Below the pieces are notes generated by a model. The model searched no databases and was not told where the DNA came from. It saw only the letters and a program-made list of their open reading frames with translations. A stretch of DNA of 64,000 bases from assembly GCA_903858085.1 (NCBI GenBank), contig CAIOHJ010000103.1, positions 21,598 to 85,597 on the forward strand. The letters run 5' to 3'. Positions 11,104 through 19,486 of the stretch are shown here, piece after piece. Position 1 is the stretch's first letter. The number at the start of each line of letters is the position of its first letter. The position numbers and the translations under genes were made by a program. Origin of the DNA: an uncultured Chloroflexota bacterium. Its GTDB lineage: Bacteria > Chloroflexota > Anaerolineae > Caldilineales > Caldilineaceae.

Positions 11104-11132
11104 AGTATACGGGTTTGGCGTTCACCTGTCAA
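11104..11132 (-). promoter_or_regulatory. Sigma70-type promoter for gatCA
   Basis: TTGACA-N17-TATACT on the minus strand. Confidence 0.85.
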
Positions 11133-11167
11133 ACTTTCACCGCGGCAGGCTCAGCAATTTTCTCTGA

Positions 11168-11210
11168 AAACAGGGGGGAAACAAGGGGGAAACAGGGGGG
11201 AAACGGGGGG
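11168..11210 (+). repeat. ~11-bp G-rich tandem repeat x4 (AAACAGGGGGG-like); potential G-quadruplex
   Basis: G6-N6-G5-N5-G6-N4-G6 read directly. Confidence 0.8.
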
Positions 11211-11217
11211 CGGTCTG

Positions 11218-11226
11218 TGGTACACT
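11218..11226 (+). promoter_or_regulatory. Extended -10 element of the FNT gene
   Basis: TG-G-TACACT about 40 nt upstream of the SD-preceded ATG. Confidence 0.55.
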
Positions 11227-11264
11227 GAGAGATGTACAGATTTGTTCACCCACAGGAGTCCATC

Positions 11265-12146
11265 ATGTCCAACGAACTACAGATCGATTCACTGTTGCCG
11301 GCTGAAATGGCCGCCAAGGCCGAAGCGGTCGGCGTCAAAAAGGCGAATCTGGACGGGGCCAGCATGTTTGCGCTGGCTGTGCTGGCGGGCGCGTTTATTG
11401 CGTTGGGTGCGATCTTTGCCACGACCGTCGGGGCCGGCACGTTTGGCTCGACGTGGGCCGACGGCAACGCCACCACCAGCTGGCCGACCGGCCTGCAGCG
11501 GCTGCTCAGCGGGCTGGTTTTCAGCCTGGGGCTGATCCTGGTCGTCGTCGGTGGGGCCGAACTTTTTACAGGCAACAACCTGATTGTGATGGCATGGGCG
11601 AACCGCAAGGTGAGCACCGCACAGCTCGCCCGCAGCTGGGGTGTGGTCTTCGCCGGCAACTTTGTGGGGGCCCTCGCGACCGCGGTGCTGATGCTCTGGA
11701 GCCGCCAGTATGAATTCGCCGGCGGCCAGATCGGCCTGCAGGCGCTGACGATCGCCCAGCACAAGGCGACCCTGGCTTTTGGACAGGCGGTTGCACTCGG
11801 CATCCTGTGCAACGCCCTGGTCTGTCTGGCTGTCTGGCTGACCTTCAGCGCACGCACGACGATCGACAAAATCGCTGCAGTCGTGCCGCCGATCACGGCC
11901 TTTGTGGCGGCTGGCTTCGAACACAATGTCGCCAACATGTATTTCATCCCAATGGGGATTTTGATCAAAGAGACCGCTTCGCCGGCATTCTGGGCGGCGA
12001 TCGGCAAAACGCCCGCCGATTTTGCCGCTTTGAACCTGGCCAATTTTCTGGTCAACAACCTGATCCCGGTCACCCTCGGCAATCTGATCGGCGGAGCTCT
12101 GCTGGTTGGAGGGGTCTACTGGTTTATCTATCTGCGCAAGCGTTGA
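11265..12146 (+). CDS. Formate/nitrite transporter (FNT; FocA/FdhC/NirC family)
   Basis: LAGAFIALG, AELFTGN, GILCNALVCLAVW, GFEHNVANM, VTLGNLIGG; AGGAG SD. Confidence 0.93.
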   Translation: MSNELQIDSLLPAEMAAKAEAVGVKKANLDGASMFALAVLAGAFIALGAIFATTVGAGTFGSTWADGNATTSWPTGLQRLLSGLVFSLGLILVVVGGAELFTGNNLIVMAWANRKVSTAQLARSWGVVFAGNFVGALATAVLMLWSRQYEFAGGQIGLQALTIAQHKATLAFGQAVALGILCNALVCLAVWLTFSARTTIDKIAAVVPPITAFVAAGFEHNVANMYFIPMGILIKETASPAFWAAIGKTPADFAALNLANFLVNNLIPVTLGNLIGGALLVGGVYWFIYLRKR

Positions 12147-12154
12147 AGCGCAGG

Positions 12155-12193
12155 GGCCCGCCGTCTGGTCAATCCGGCGGGCCGGCAGCTTTT
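12155..12193 (+). terminator. Possible terminator after the FNT gene
   Basis: GGCCCGCCG/CGGCGGGCC stem; short, offset T tract. Confidence 0.4.
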
Positions 12194-12316
12194 CACGCAC
12201 CGCTGGTTTGGGCGGGTACGGCCGTTTTGCTACAATACAGAGGCCAATGTGAAGAGGGAAGTACCTGGTCGAAGGGTACATACCCACTGTACGATCCAGA
12301 GGAGACCTGTCACGCC

Positions 12317-12610
12317 ATGAAAGCGATGCTCTATTTGTCTGGCAAAGAGGAACCTGCAGCTGTTTTGGACGAGGTCACGGTGGTCACCTACAACGACAAC
12401 CACCAAGACAGCCCGCAGCGGGTTCAGTTCAAAAGCCGAAAATTCAACGCTGGCCGTACCATGACCGAATTGCACCGACACGCAAAGATGCAGGTCCATT
12501 TTGAGGATGGCCGGCAGGCGGAGGTTCTGCTGCAGCACGCAAGCCTGGACCTGCAGGGCAACATGGTCGGTGTGCTGCGCGTGCTCGGCGAGATCGCTGA
12601 AACTGCGTAA
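12317..12610 (+). CDS. Hypothetical beta-rich protein (97 aa)
   Basis: GGAG SD, typical codon usage, fills the gap between neighbours. Confidence 0.7.
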   Translation: MKAMLYLSGKEEPAAVLDEVTVVTYNDNHQDSPQRVQFKSRKFNAGRTMTELHRHAKMQVHFEDGRQAEVLLQHASLDLQGNMVGVLRVLGEIAETA

Positions 12611-12611
12611 C

Positions 12612-13136
12612 TTGTCGTTGCCCTCCCCAGCATCTGCGCAGCCTATAGAGCGGGCTGCGCAAGGCCGTTCTCGGTTCTGGCCCGGGTTTGTGGTGGGTTT
12701 TGGCCTGCTGCTCTTTGCCAGCTGCAGCGTCGGTGCCGTGGCCTTGGGCCTCAACCGGCTCAACCTCGCCGACCTGCGCGCAGGGGCTGTTGGCTGGACA
12801 CCGGCCCCCTACACCCCGGCAGTGACACCGTTGCCCGCCGCCGAGAGTCCGCCAGCACCGGCCGGCTCCCTGCGTTTTGCCGCAGGCCAGAAAGTCCGCA
12901 ACATGACCAACAGCCGGGTCAACCTGCGCCGCAGCCCAGGTTATCTGAGCAAGCCGGAGGGGGATGTGGTCGGCGTGCTGCAGCCAGCCGCCGCGGCGGT
13001 GGTGTTGGGGGAGAAACAGCTGGCCGACAGCCTGACCTGGTGGCAGGTGCGTGCCACACTGGACGACGGCCGAGAAGCCGAGGGCTGGGTGGCCGAGGCG
13101 ACTGCCTCCGGGGTTCAAATCCTCGGCACAGAGTGA
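12612..13136 (+). CDS. Membrane-anchored bacterial SH3-domain protein; start uncertain (TTG)
   Basis: N-terminal TM, Pro-rich linker, VNLRRSPG...WWQV...GWV SH3b pattern. Confidence 0.75.
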   Translation: MSLPSPASAQPIERAAQGRSRFWPGFVVGFGLLLFASCSVGAVALGLNRLNLADLRAGAVGWTPAPYTPAVTPLPAAESPPAPAGSLRFAAGQKVRNMTNSRVNLRRSPGYLSKPEGDVVGVLQPAAAAVVLGEKQLADSLTWWQVRATLDDGREAEGWVAEATASGVQILGTE

Positions 13137-13142
13137 GCAGCC

Positions 13143-15470
13143 ATGCCCGACACAGAGACCCCGCTGCCCCACCCATCGTTTGTCCCGCGCCCGGCGCAGA
13201 CGAAAATCCTGGCCTATACCGGCGGCCCGATGGGGGTCAGCGCAGTGCCGGGCAGCGGCAAGACCTTCACGCTGAGCCTGCTGGCAGCCAAGCTGGTCGG
13301 AGAACTGGCCACCAGCCCCACGTTCGAGCCGCGCGAGATCCTGGTTGTCACCTTCACCAACAGCGCAGTGGCCAATTTCCGTGCCCGCATCGGCACCTTT
13401 CTGCGCCAGGAGCGCGGACTGCTGCCTGGGGTCGGCTACCGGGTGCGGACCCTGCACGCGCTTGCCCACGATATCGTGCGCGAACGGCCAGCGCTGGTCG
13501 GGCTGGGCGAAGGCTTCGAGATCGTCGACGGTGATACCAGCGCCGAGATCAAACGGGAAGCCGCGCGCGACTTCCTGGCCAGACACCCAGACGCCTTTGC
13601 CCCCTTTATCCGGCCAGAGTTGCTGCACAACCCGCGTCAGTTCGAGCGCCACTTTCAAGAAGATGCGCTCGAACTGGCCAACGTTGCGATCCGCGTCGCC
13701 AAAGAGCTGACGGCCAACCCCGCTTTGTTGCAGCAGAGCCTGGCCCGCCAGTCGGGCACATTCCCGCTGGTCGAATTTGCCCTCTCCGTCTACACGACCT
13801 ATACACGCAGCCTGAACACGCGCGGCGCGGTCGATTTTGACGACCTGATCGTGCTGGCGCTGCAGGCGCTGCGCGCCGACGAGGGCTATCTGGCCCGGCT
13901 GCAGGCACGCTGGCCCTATATTCTCGAGGACGAAGCCCAGGACTCCAGCCTGCTGCAGGAAAAGATGCTACGCCTGCTGACCGCCGCCCACGGCAACTGG
14001 GTGCGTGTCGGCGACCCCAATCAAGCCATCCACACGACCTTTACCAGCGCGGACGCACGGTTTTTGCAGCGGTTTTTGCGCGAGCACCCCCAACAGGCAC
14101 GGGATCTGCCCAACTCCGGCCGCAGCGCCCTGCCCATCCTCGAACTGGCCAATGCGCTGATCGACTGGTCGCGCACCGCACATCCGACCCTGGGGGTGGA
14201 GCAGGCGCTGGCCTACCCGCGCATCGAACCGACAGCGCCCGACGATCCCCAGCCGAACCCGGCAGCAGGCCAGCCGCCAGTCCACTTCCATGAAAAAGCG
14301 CTGACGGCCGATGCAGAGCGCGAGAGCGTGGTGACGTCGGTGCGCCGCTGGGTCGCCGACAACCCGGGCAGCACCGTAGCCGTGCTGGTCCCAGACAACC
14401 AGCGCGGGGACCAGCTCGTCGCAGCACTCAAAAACGGCGGGCTGCCGTTCGACGAATCTCTGCTGCGCAACAACCAGAGCAGCACGCGCGCCGCAGCCCA
14501 CCAACTGGCGATTGCGGCCGGCTATATTGCCAATCCCCACTCCGCCAACCTGCTGCAACAGCTGTGGGCCGAGGTCTGGTCCCCACGGCGGACAGCCGCC
14601 TCCTCTCCAGAGGAGGCCGCAGAAACCGGCGGCTCCCCCCGAGAAGACAAACGACCGGCGCAAATCTTTGCGCTGGCATTGGGCAAATTGAAGGAGCCAG
14701 AACGGTTTGTCTTCCCAGGACCCGACGATTTTCTGGACAGGCTGGCATGGCTGGCAGAGGCTGGGGAGCCATTTCGCCGGCAGATCGAGCAATTTCGACA
14801 GGATCTGCAGCGTTGGTGCCGGGCTCTGGTGCTGCCAGTCGACGAGCTGCTGCTGACGCTCGGCAACGACCTGTTCGTGGAACCCAGTGACCTGGCGCTC
14901 ACCCACCAGCTGGCCGTGCTGCTGGCCAAACTGGCGCGCGAAAACCCGGCGCTGCGTCTGGCCGATCTGGTCAAGGAGCTGCAGAACATCGCCCAGAACC
15001 GGCGCCGCCTGATCAGCTTCACCGAAGAGAGCCAGGGGTACAGCCCTCGCCCTGGGGTCGTCACCGTCGCCACCATGCATGGCGCCAAAGGGCTGGAGTG
15101 GGATCGGGTCTACCTGACCAGCGTCAACACCTTCAGCTTTCCCAGCGGCCTGGCCGACGAACCCTACCGCAGCGAACGCTGGTATCTGCGCGAGGGGAGC
15201 AACCTGGCCGCCGAGCTGGAAGAACAGCTCAGACAGCTGCACATGGGCACGCTGGACGACTATCTGCCAGGAAGGGCCAGCCAGCAGGCACGGCTGGCCC
15301 TGGCCGCCGAGCGGCTGCGGCTCTTCTATGTCGGAATCACACGCGCCCGCCGCGAGCTGATCGTCACCTACAACCTGGGCCGCCAGCCCGAGAAAGCGCT
15401 GCCGCCCGCCCGCCCCTTTCTGGCGCTGGCTGAATACTGGCAGCGCCGCTCCGCCCAGAACCCACGCTGA
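13143..15470 (+). CDS. UvrD/REP-family SF1A ATP-dependent helicase
   Basis: AVPGSGKT, DEAQD, VGDPNQAI, TMHGAKGLEW, RLFYVGITRAR. Confidence 0.92.
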   Translation: MPDTETPLPHPSFVPRPAQTKILAYTGGPMGVSAVPGSGKTFTLSLLAAKLVGELATSPTFEPREILVVTFTNSAVANFRARIGTFLRQERGLLPGVGYRVRTLHALAHDIVRERPALVGLGEGFEIVDGDTSAEIKREAARDFLARHPDAFAPFIRPELLHNPRQFERHFQEDALELANVAIRVAKELTANPALLQQSLARQSGTFPLVEFALSVYTTYTRSLNTRGAVDFDDLIVLALQALRADEGYLARLQARWPYILEDEAQDSSLLQEKMLRLLTAAHGNWVRVGDPNQAIHTTFTSADARFLQRFLREHPQQARDLPNSGRSALPILELANALIDWSRTAHPTLGVEQALAYPRIEPTAPDDPQPNPAAGQPPVHFHEKALTADAERESVVTSVRRWVADNPGSTVAVLVPDNQRGDQLVAALKNGGLPFDESLLRNNQSSTRAAAHQLAIAAGYIANPHSANLLQQLWAEVWSPRRTAASSPEEAAETGGSPREDKRPAQIFALALGKLKEPERFVFPGPDDFLDRLAWLAEAGEPFRRQIEQFRQDLQRWCRALVLPVDELLLTLGNDLFVEPSDLALTHQLAVLLAKLARENPALRLADLVKELQNIAQNRRRLISFTEESQGYSPRPGVVTVATMHGAKGLEWDRVYLTSVNTFSFPSGLADEPYRSERWYLREGSNLAAELEEQLRQLHMGTLDDYLPGRASQQARLALAAERLRLFYVGITRARRELIVTYNLGRQPEKALPPARPFLALAEYWQRRSAQNPR

Positions 15471-15570
15471 CCGCCCACGGCCAACAGCCTCCTCGGTTGA
15501 ATCCGCCCCCAGAAGCAGCTTTCGATTTGTGAAAATTTGGGGAAGGTCGCAGAAGTGTTGTATCCTGTAC

Positions 15571-15584
15571 AGAACAGACGTTCT
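15571..15584. promoter_or_regulatory. LexA (SOS) box, Gram-positive/Chloroflexi type
   Basis: AGAAC-AGAC-GTTCT perfect inverted repeat, 4 nt downstream of -10-like TATCCT (15561-15566). Confidence 0.75.
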
Positions 15585-15708
15585 ACCTGCGGCTGCAGAG
15601 ACCCTCTGGCCAGCGTTGATGGGGAGTCAACGCCGGAGCAACGCCGACCGCGGTAGAGTAGGGGCAGCAAATGGAAGAAGGATCGATTGACACAAGGCTG
15701 CTTTCACC

Positions 15709-16059
15709 ATGACACTGTTCCAACGACTTCGCTTCAACAAATTGCCGCAGACCCACACCACGCTGCCCGCTACACTGGCCAGCCCCACCGAGCCGCCAGG
15801 CCGGGACAGCTGCAAATATTATGTCACCGGCATCGACCGTATCCGGCTGCGCTGTGCCTTCCTGTTGGGTCCCTTCGACAGCGCAGAAGGGGCACTGGCC
15901 AACATCGAACATGCCCGGGCACTCACCGCCGCCAAGTTTCCTGCTGAGGCGCCGCAGCTGGTCTACGGCACAGCCGGGATTGAAAGGGGCATGGGGCTGC
16001 CGCTGGCGCTTTTCAGCCAGCGGGCCCGTCTGCGTTCGGGTCAGCCGACCAACGCCTGA
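15709..16059 (+). CDS. Hypothetical protein (116 aa), putatively SOS-regulated
   Basis: ORF downstream of the LexA box; globular core YYVTG..R..FLLGPF...ALA...AR; ATGA-coupled to a 13-codon uORF (15671-15712). Confidence 0.6.
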   Translation: MTLFQRLRFNKLPQTHTTLPATLASPTEPPGRDSCKYYVTGIDRIRLRCAFLLGPFDSAEGALANIEHARALTAAKFPAEAPQLVYGTAGIERGMGLPLALFSQRARLRSGQPTNA

Positions 16060-17240
16060 TAGACCTGGTTGCGGAAATCTGCCACCACAGGATAGGTGTC
16101 GGACGGCATATACTGCAGCATCAGCAGGCCGACGATCTGCTCTTGCGGGTCCACCCAGAAATTGGTATTGGCAGCCCCACCCCAGCCATAATTGCCCACG
16201 GACCCCAACGCAGCTGACCGTCCCAGGTCCATCAGCACGCTGACCCCCAGCCCAAAGCCGGAGGCTGGGTTCTCGAACGGATGGAGGCCAGGAGGCAAGC
16301 CATTGGTGGTCATCAGCTCGACTGTTTTGCGCCCGAGCAGACGAACGCCGTCCAATTCCCCCCGGTTCAAAAGCATCTGGGCAAAGCGCAGATAATCCCC
16401 AGCTGTGGAGACCAGCCCACTGCCGCCGAACGGGCAGGCCGCGGGCTGCAAATAATGGCCCGTCTGGGTCCCGTCGAGAAGTTTCAGCCCTCCCTGCTCC
16501 CCGGGTCCGTAGGTCGCCGCAAAGCGCCCGCACTTTTCGGCGGGCACATAAAAAGCAGTATCCACCATGCCCAACGGCTGGAAAATTCGTTCGTGCAGAA
16601 AGTGGTCGAACGGCTCGCCAGCCACCGCCTGCACGATGCCGCCCAGGACATCGGTAGCCATGCTGTAGCGGTATTTGCTGCCAGGGTGGTGGGCCAACGG
16701 CAGGGAGGCCAGGATCTCCATCAGCCCATCCAGCGACAGAGCGGCCGGGTTCTGCCGCCACGGTTCCCAGACACGCTGTTGGTAGAGTTGGTCGATGTAA
16801 ACAGCTGCGTCGAAGCCGTAGCTGAGACCTGCGGTGTGGGTCAGCAGGTCGTGCACCGTCGGTGGCCGGGCAGGTGCCACAGAACGCACGCCTGTATCGA
16901 GGCTGGTGTCCAGCACTTTGACATTTTGGAATGCAGGAAGGTAAGCGGCGACCGGGTCAGACAGACGCAGCCCTCCTTCCTCCATCAGCATGAGCACAGC
17001 CACGCTGGTGATGGGTTTGGTCATGGAGTAGATTCGAAAGATCGTATCCGCTTGCATGGGGGTGTTGCTCTCGCGCACTGCCATGCCGGCATGGTGCCGA
17101 TGGACGATCTGGCCGTTCCGGGCGACCAGGCTCACGACACCGGCAATCTTTTCTTCGGCCACATAGGCGTCCAGCACGGCATCGATCCGCGCCAGCCGCT
17201 GGCTGGCAAATCCTTGTGTTTCAGGCAGGATACTGTTCAT
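16041..17240 (-). CDS. Serine hydrolase, beta-lactamase class C-like family
   Basis: SxxK (SMTK), LLTHTAG, YRYS, WGGAA motifs. Confidence 0.92.
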   Translation of the reverse strand: MNSILPETQGFASQRLARIDAVLDAYVAEEKIAGVVSLVARNGQIVHRHHAGMAVRESNTPMQADTIFRIYSMTKPITSVAVLMLMEEGGLRLSDPVAAYLPAFQNVKVLDTSLDTGVRSVAPARPPTVHDLLTHTAGLSYGFDAAVYIDQLYQQRVWEPWRQNPAALSLDGLMEILASLPLAHHPGSKYRYSMATDVLGGIVQAVAGEPFDHFLHERIFQPLGMVDTAFYVPAEKCGRFAATYGPGEQGGLKLLDGTQTGHYLQPAACPFGGSGLVSTAGDYLRFAQMLLNRGELDGVRLLGRKTVELMTTNGLPPGLHPFENPASGFGLGVSVLMDLGRSAALGSVGNYGWGGAANTNFWVDPQEQIVGLLMLQYMPSDTYPVVADFRNQVYQALVG

Positions 17241-17328
17241 GAAAACGGCACCTCTTCTTTCTATGAACCTGGTGAGAGACGGATGCCCCCGCCTGAAGGC
17301 AGGGAGGCTTGCCCAAAAAATCGATGCA

Positions 17329-18297
17329 TCAGCGGCCGGCCTGCCACCAGGTCTGCGCCAGGGCAGCCAACCAAAAGTAGAGCGGAATTCCGAACACCAC
17401 ATTGAACGGGAAGGTGATGGCAAGCGAAGCGGTCAGATAGAGGGTCGGGTTGGCTTCGGGGACAGCCACGCGCATCGCTGCGGGGGCTGCGATGTAGGAT
17501 GCGCTGCCGGCCAGCGTCGCCAGTACAGCCACGCCGCCCAAGGAGAGCCCGCTCGCCATGCCGACCGCGATCCCCAGCAGAGCAGAGAGGATCGGCATCA
17601 GAATGCCAAACAGAACAAGGAAGGGGCCGACGCGCCGCAGATCAGAAATGCGCCGAGACGCGACGGTCCCCATCTCCAGAAGAAAGAGTGCGAGTGCTCC
17701 TGGGAAGAGGCCAACAAAAAGCGGGTTGAGCCTTTCCATTCTTTCTGCGCCGGCCAGGTAGCCGACAGCCAACCCGCCCAGCAGCAGAAAAATGCTTTTG
17801 CCCAGCAGCACTTCGTGTGCCAGCGCTCCCCAGCGGATCTGTCCTTGCGCTCCGCCCAGCCTGGCCAGCAGCACCCCAAGTGCGATGGCCGGAATTTCGA
17901 GGATCACGAGCAGCACCGGCATGTAGGCCTCGTAGGCGACGCCAATATCTGCTGCGTAGACCAACGCCAGGGCAAAGGTGACAGCGCTGACCGAACCGTA
18001 ATGGGCGGCCAGCGCCGCGGCGTCGGGCCGCCCGAAGCGCCCCAGTCGGCGCAACAGGACGAAAGCCAGTGCCGGAATCCCCAACCCCAGCAGCAGGGTG
18101 CCGGCCAGAGGCCCCATCACCTCGCCCAAGGGGGTGCGCGAGAGTTCCACCCCCCCCTTGAGCCCGATTGCAGTGAGCAGATAGAGGCTCAGCGTCTGAT
18201 ACAAGGCTTCGGGAAGACGCAGGTCGGTGTGCAGCAGGCCGGCAACCAAACCTACCACAAAAAAAAGCACGATCGGGTCAAGCAGGTTGTCGATCAC
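17329..18297 (-). CDS. Sodium-dependent bicarbonate transport family permease (SbtA-like)
   Basis: YLLTAIGLKGG, AAHYGSVSAVTF, SASYIAAPAAMR, SLAITFPFN. Confidence 0.88.
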   Translation of the reverse strand: MIDNLLDPIVLFFVVGLVAGLLHTDLRLPEALYQTLSLYLLTAIGLKGGVELSRTPLGEVMGPLAGTLLLGLGIPALAFVLLRRLGRFGRPDAAALAAHYGSVSAVTFALALVYAADIGVAYEAYMPVLLVILEIPAIALGVLLARLGGAQGQIRWGALAHEVLLGKSIFLLLGGLAVGYLAGAERMERLNPLFVGLFPGALALFLLEMGTVASRRISDLRRVGPFLVLFGILMPILSALLGIAVGMASGLSLGGVAVLATLAGSASYIAAPAAMRVAVPEANPTLYLTASLAITFPFNVVFGIPLYFWLAALAQTWWQAGR

Positions 18298-18567
18298 GAA
18301 GTCCTACCCTTGCCTTTCAACGTCGCATTCAGCCAGTCAACCGACAACCCATTATCGCACACATCGCAGCAAGAGGACGAGTGATCGAAGCGAAGAACAA
18401 AACCAACACAGAGAAGGTCAGCCCCCAACATTCATTGCCGGCCCGCTGCACCTCCCCAGCCCGACTGAAACCGTGATCCCATCATTCAACCGGGCGCAGT
18501 GCTGTGTTTGACGATTTATTCTATTTTGTTGCCTGCAATCAACCGTCAAAAGGCAAGGAGGATACCG

Positions 18568-19331
18568 ATGAATACCTTCCAGATGGGCGATCTTTCCAAT
18601 GAGCAGGTGCTTCCTGCGCTGTCACCGGTGGCAGTGACTCCGGTGGCAGTGGCATACGGGGATGGGATTGGGCCAGAGATCATGGACGCTGTGCTGCGCG
18701 TGCTTGATGCAGCCAATGCGCCGCTGCGCTACGATGTCGTTGAAATGGGGGAAACGCTCTATCGACAGGGCTACAAATCGGGCATCACACCAGAAGCATG
18801 GACAACGATTCGACGCAACCAAATCCTGCTCAAAGCACCGATCACGACACCCCAGGGAGGCGGCTACAAGAGTTTGAATGTGACGCTGCGCAAGGTACTC
18901 AACTTGTACGCCAATGTACGCCCAGCCAAATCGTATGCACCCTTTGTGGCGTCTCGTCATCCCAAGATGAACCTGGTGATTGTCCGCGAAAATGAGGAAG
19001 ATCTCTACGCCGGTATCGAACACCAGCAGACGCCCGAAGTCGTACAAGTGCTCAAGTTGGTGAGCTGTTGGAAGCAGCAACGCCAGCTCCCTGGCTGCTC
19101 AAAATGATCACCAACCGTGGGGTCAAAGTCTACCCCGATGGCATGCCAGAGACCTTCTGCACCGATCACTGGCGTTGCCGATTCGTGGCTGTTGAGGAAA
19201 CAGGCGTCACCTTCGACCAGGTACTGGCCCTGCTGCACGCGCTGCACAACGCCCACGTGGCTGTCATCAAGACCGAGCATCTTTATACCTTTGATGGACG
19301 TTGCGGCTATTCTCTCGGCCAAGGAGAATAG
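18568..19331 (+). pseudogene. icd: NADP-isocitrate dehydrogenase with large internal deletion and frameshift
   Basis: N-part (GDGIGPEI, LKAPITTPQGGGYKSLNV, IVRENEEDLY) stops at LKLVS; C-terminal domain (KMITNRGVKVYP..ETFCTDHWRCRF..YSLGQGE) follows in another frame; central catalytic region missing. Confidence 0.85.
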
Positions 19332-19486
19332 CCGGCAGGGGCGCTGGGAGCACAGTGGAGGGCAAGGGTGCGCCACTCGGTACGTGCCTGCTGTCGGGCA
19401 GAAAGGCCTTCGTTTGGTCTTCGGGCTGGCGTGCGCTATAATCAGCAGGCAGTTGTGGGTTTGGACCAAAGCGTTTGGAGCAAGGT

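Noticed and set aside
15582-15657. tRNA gene (76-nt cloverleaf-like fold)
   Set aside because: No TTCRA T-loop, no D-loop GG, wrong arm geometry.
19068-19331. Independent small gene encoding the IDH C-terminal domain
   Set aside because: No SD before TTG 19068; homology continues upstream into the deletion junction, so it is treated as part of the icd pseudogene.
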